NCBI RefSeq assembly: GCF_963921235.1 | Contig: NC_086107.1 | Span: forward strand, 103,914,001 to 103,978,000 | Origin: Mobula hypostoma | Taxonomy: Eukaryota | DNA: 64,000 nt | Reading direction: 5' to 3' | Part shown: positions 59,166-64,000 of the stretch, piece by piece | Layout: each line of letters opens with the position of its first letter | Numbering within the stretch: position 1 is the first letter of the stretch | Notes under the pieces: generated by a model | What the model saw: the letters and a program-made list of their open reading frames with translations, nothing else | Databases searched by the model: none | What the model was told of the DNA's origin: nothing | Made by a program: the position numbers and the translations under genes

Positions 59166-62100
59166 GTGCCAGGTAATTGGTCGTTGAGGAGAGGGCCCGT
59201 CCTAGGCGACGGGGGTCCCCTTATGATGCACGCTGCCCTTTTGAGGCATCGCTCCTTGAAGATGGCCTGGAGACTGAAGAGGCTATTACCCATGAAGTTC
59301 CATCTTCTGCAGCGTACTTCAATCCGGTGCAGCAGCGCCCGCCCCCATGCCAGACAGTGATACAGCTAGTTAGAACGCTGTCCACAATACATCTGTAGAA
59401 GTTTGCGAGTGTTTTAGGTGACATACCAAATCTCAAACTCCTAATGAAATATAGCTGCTGTCTTGCCTTCTTTATAGTTGCATCAATATGCTCGAACCAG
59501 GTGAGGTCTATCACTACGTGCCTTATTGTATGACATAGGCAATTATGGTCTTTGACCATGATTGTTTTTGGCAATACAGAAGTGCATTGCCGCCTTCCGG
59601 GCAGGGTCTCCAGCCATTATCAATACTCTTCAGAGATTGCCTGGTGTCAGGGGTCGTATAACCAGGACTTGTGATATGCACCAGCTGCTCATACGACCAT
59701 CCACCATCTGCTCCCATAGCTTCACATTTGGCGGGGGGAGGGTTGCTAAGCAGGTGGTAAAATTTGCGCAAGAGTGACCTGCAGGCTAGCAGAGGGAAGG
59801 AGCACCTTACACCTCCTTTGGTAGAGATGTATCTCCACCACACCAAGTGATGACAGTGTTGCTAAACTAGTGATTAGGGTTGTGACGATTGGTGCAAGAA
59901 CCGAGTGAAGGTGCCAAAAGTTGAGGAGAGTTGGGCCAAAGAACAACCAGAACATGAGGAGAAACCCCTTCAGACATTCCAACAGGGCTGCAGCCTCTTC
60001 TCGTTCAATACTTGCATGGAATGTGGACTTGCAGAAATGGAAGGAGCCCGGTAGTCCAACTTCAAAGCCTGTTGCACAATGCTGCACTGCGCAACACTCT
60101 CCTCCGCTGGACTTCCATTGCAGAGTGCGAGGGCTCCCCTCTGCCAGAAGGCGGAATAGGCTGCCAAGGCTTGTCTGTACAGCAAATGCAGGAGAGGGGG
60201 CCAGAGTGTGTGCAGTAACAGCCCACGTAGGAACAGTAGAATGGCAGGAAGGGCTTGTCTGAGAGATGGTCCATGTTGGGTAGGTTCTGCTCCTGGAGAG
60301 GTTTGCAGGGCCTGGATCAGACAGGCAAATCTGGCAGAGCAAGAGGTCAGTTCCGCCGGAATCGCCCCATGCCCCGAACCCCTTCACATTCACACGTTTG
60401 GACCTCTCCAGCGGCAGCGCACCCTTCCTTTCTCTCTCTCCGAACGTCTGCTCCACGGCCAGCTCCTCGGCAGCCTGACCCAGGCAGGACACCTACTCGA
60501 GCACCTTCCCCCTCAAAGCCCTCGGTATTGGACTCCTACAGCTCAGACATCTCCATTTTGTTCTCCTGGTCGAAGAGACAGGTGTGAGTCCTGTCCATGT
60601 TTCACCACAGACAATAGGAGGGAAAGCCTCCCCCTGCCTCCTCCCGAATCGACTGAGAACCCCTAGAATCGCCCATCCTCCAACAGCTGGTTGCTAACGC
60701 GCCAGTACAAGGACCCTCTCCTCCAACCGCCCCCGGGTAAGTGACAGGATGAGATCCAACTTTGAATGGACTTTGATCTACACCAGGTGGTGTTACAAGC
60801 ATAGAATCTGCAAAGGCACAGGAAGGGTACGGGCGATCAATTCGAGAGACTCCTCCTCCAGGTGAAGGTATCTGCGTGTGACGATCTCTCTCTCTCCCTC
60901 AATGCTGTTGGAAGTTGGTTCTAGAGTTCTGGGTCTTGGGCACAGCTTAATCGATGCGGTTTGTGGATTGCGCTCTGTAGTTCACTTTGTGATGTGCTCC
61001 TGGTTTCCAGCCACACCCTTTTTATTTGCTGTTTTGGACGATTTTGAATCAGAGTGGCCTGCAGATAACGTACACAGAGCTGAACTAAATATGCCTCCGT
61101 CCTTTCGATTTTGTGCTTTATATTCTGTATTTTTCGCTCTTTTTTGTTGCCATTTGCGCGATTTGTTTTTTTTTTGCGCGGGGGTGGGGGTTGATATTTT
61201 TCTTTGGACTGGTTCCGTGGCCGTCTGTGGGAAGATGAATCTCAGGGTTGTATACTACATACATATTTTGATACTAAATGTATTTTTAATCTTTGGAGCC
61301 AAAATAGAGAGTTTGCCAGCCAGTTCTTTCTACTTCTCCACCAACACTTGGCTGCGCGGGAGACTGGAGCGAACCTTCTCCAAGAGTACATTGAATATCC
61401 CCCTCCCCAAGGAAGGCACACGAGCTACAATCAACAGAAAGAAGGGCACTTTTCATAGGAAATTTACTATCAAAGACCACATACGTCACCACAGACCACC
61501 CTGAGACTCATGTCCTTGCAGGCATTTACAGGAAAAAACTATAGAATTTTATGATTTTAAAAAATCTATACATACGCCTACAAAGACTAACAATCAACCA
61601 ATATACAAAAGACAAATTATGCAATTCAAATTTATTTATCACGTGCATATCAAATCGCTCAGTGAAATGCGACATTTGCATTAACACCCTGCACACCCAA
61701 GGATGTACTGGGGGCTACCTGCAAGAGTTGTCTCACGTTCCGGCATCACGCCAGTGTAGAGGCGCCGTACAGAACTAGACTCGCCGGTTCAGTGAGTGAA
61801 AGGGCAGGCGCTGATCGCGGGCATGTACAGCAACTGTTTATTCACAAGCAAGTCCAGCAAGCACTCATCCAAGTCGCCCAAATTATAGAAACTACAGCAC
61901 TGAGCACTCCATGCGCTTGCAAAATCTGTCCAAGTTACACAATAGTAAACAAGCGATAAACATCTATTTAACTAGGTGTGCGCCCAAAACACAAGCCTCT
62001 CCCCCTATTAACTGTGACACACCTTCCAGGTGATTTCTCCAGTGCTGCCCGCCGTGGGCTGGAGGGTGTAGCTCAGACTGTGGCTGTTATCTTGAACAGC

Positions 62101-62209
62101 CCTCTCATATTCTAAAGCTGATCCTCAATATGTTGTGTTCGATATGCGGGACAGTGCAGACAGAACACACACCAGGAGGCCTGTATTTATTATTTCACCT
62201 CGTAATTCA

Positions 62210-62780
62210 AGTCAGAATTACCGATGCCAAGATTAAGGAAGGCATTTTTGTTGGTCCACAAATCAACAGGTCATCAATGACAGGCAATTGGAAGAACTTC
62301 TAGTAGGATCGGAGAAAATCACATGGAAGGCATCCGAGGATGTTGTTAAAACAATTCTTGGCAACTACAGAGCACCAAACTACGTGCAGCTGGTTGACAA
62401 CATGCGTCAAGCATACAAAACCACGAAGTGCAACATGTCACTAAAGATTCATTTTCCGCATTCCCATTTAGACTTCTTCCCTGCAAATCTTGGCGCTGTC
62501 AGTGACGAGCAGGGTGAAAGATTTCACCAGGACATTGTGTTCGTGGAGAAACGGCATCAGGGCAACTGGAATCCATCAATCCTGGCTGATTACTGTTTTA
62601 CTCTTAAGCAAGAAGCCTCAGACACTGAGTATGAACGAAAATCAACGAAACCCTTTCAGCTTAGTTGAACTTTTGCAAAGCGTCAGCATGGTTATGCAAT
62701 TAAATATATTCCATTCAGTAAAAGATAATTTCTTATTTCTCGAAATTCTTACGTGATACAAGTAGTTTGAAATTATATTT
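62210..62780 (+). mobile_element. DNA transposon transposase C-terminal fragment, probably CMC-Chapaev(3)
   Basis: AKIKEGIFVGPQI...NMSLKIHFPHSHLDFFPANLGAVSDEQGERFHQDI...QGNW...LADYC. Superfamily assignment is from recalled motif similarity. Confidence 0.7.
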
Positions 62781-62939
62781 GTGTTCATCTTCAAGCAGTC
62801 GATCATAAACAGAAACAATTTCTGAGGAAGCAACACTCTCGAAAGAAATTTTTGTCCGGTGTTATACAAAGCATTCTGTCTAGATTCATCACGGTCTGGC
62901 GCGGCAACTGCTCTGCACATAGCCACAAGAAACTTCAAA

Positions 62940-63115
62940 GACACACACAAAATGCTGGAGGAACTCAGAAGGCCAGGCAGCAACTATGGAAAAAAAAGTA
63001 CAGTCGACATTTCGGGCCGAAACCCTTTCCACAGATGCTGCCTGGCCTGCTGAGTTCCTCCAGCATTTTGCGTGCGCTGCTCGGATTTCCAACATCTGCA
63101 GATTTTCTCTTGTTT
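62940..63115. mobile_element. Older Penelope pLTR-derived inverted-repeat element
   Basis: caaaatgctggaggaactcagaaggccaggcagca ... tgctgcctggcctgctgagttcctccagcattttg inverted arms around a hammerhead remnant. Confidence 0.75.
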
Positions 63116-63329
63116 TAGAAACTTCAGAAAGTTGTGAATACATCTCAGCACACCACAGAAGCCAGTCTGCCGTCCATGGAATCTGCCTATACTTCTCGCA
63201 GCCTCGGTAAATAAAGCAATGCAAACGAAATATATGCAAAAGAATAAACACAGTAAAAAAACGTTTTACATTCTTTGTGTCATGTGGTAAATACATTCAA
63301 TGGCGCCAACTTATTTTAAAGCATAGCAC

Positions 63330-63562
63330 TGTTATGTTTTTGTAACTTCAAAGCATTAAATTAACTTGAAAGGAAGACACGAGAGTCCGAAATGTGAACG
63401 AGTTTCCTTCCAGCGAGGCGGGCACGTATCGTGCGGTAGCGCGATGACGTAACAATTCGCGTATTTGTACATACCTGTATACGCCGCAATGAGGATTGAA
63501 ACGAGCAAGAATGTTTAATCAAACAATAAATTTACAATATCACTCAAATATTAAATACACCG
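63330..63562 (-). mobile_element. Possible solo LTR (degenerate)
   Basis: Begins tgttatg and has a CpG-rich core in AT-rich context. 3' terminus and TSD not clean. Confidence 0.35.
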
Positions 63563-63639
63563 TTGCCACTCATGTGGGCCCCTCAGGGATGATATACCAT
63601 TTCAATGTTTGAGGGGCTTCCCTTCCCCATTCAGGCTCT

Positions 63640-63917
63640 CCAGGTGTGGTAGCAGAAAGACCCCCGACTGAGGTCCTGCCCCACAGAGCCCTTGTGGTAG
63701 CTGCACTGAGCGGCCTGGATCGTGCCTTCGGCAGCACTCCCCTTGCGGAGATCTCACTGTGATAGAAGACCGACAAGTTTCGGGAAGGCCAAAGGACTTG
63801 CACCAAGTTGATGATCTTCCAGCTGCACCCGACGTTTGCCTCAGCGTGTTCCCCCCGGGAACACCCGTAGATCAGAGAGTCGTTTGCTAAGCAACTGCTG
63901 GGGATGAACAAGGACAC
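63640..63917 (-). mobile_element. Tx1/L1-clade LINE ORF2 C-terminal fragment
   Basis: FIPSSCLANDSLIYG...WKIINLVQVLWPSRNL...ALWGRT resembles the Tx1-type ORF2 C-terminus (recalled similarity). Confidence 0.6.
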
Positions 63918-64000
63918 TTTCTATTCATAATATCTCACTCTCTTCCCCTCACCCCCCGGCTTTCTCTCCCTGTCTGTCTATCTGTCTCTCCGCAGTTCAG

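Overview
Eukaryotic (vertebrate) genomic DNA. The repeat repertoire (CR1/HER1-like LINEs, V-SINEs, Penelope-like elements, Rex1-like LINEs) suggests a cartilaginous fish, probably a ray; this is inference. One host gene can be fully reconstructed on the + strand: an 11-coding-exon SLC6 Na+-dependent neutral amino acid transporter of the SLC6A15/16/17 (B0AT2/NTT5/NTT4) subfamily, most like fish slc6a16. Its CDS spans 31054-53473, totals 2070 nt (689 aa), and all introns are GT-AG with consistent phases. The rest is transposable-element debris and tandem or low-complexity repeats: a near-complete dead CR1, a 5'-truncated Penelope with RT and GIY-YIG domains, Rex1-like, HERO-like and Tx1-like LINE fragments, hAT, Tc1, pogo and Chapaev-like DNA transposons, a solo LTR, SINEs, and 31/37/41-bp minisatellites. 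The most notable observations are: (i) Penelope-derived hammerhead ribozymes, including a TSD-bounded palindrome with two 97-bp arms in intron 5 that puts an intact hammerhead core on the pre-mRNA sense strand; (ii) a tRNA + Bov-A-like (RTE/BovB-type) SINE with a perfect 12-bp TSD; (iii) multi-layer nested insertions; (iv) a stop-free, in-frame 129-bp intron; and (v) minisatellites born inside retroelements. There is no CRISPR or prokaryotic system. Most long ORFs in the track are low-complexity artefacts. I cannot claim a wholly new biological system from sequence alone.
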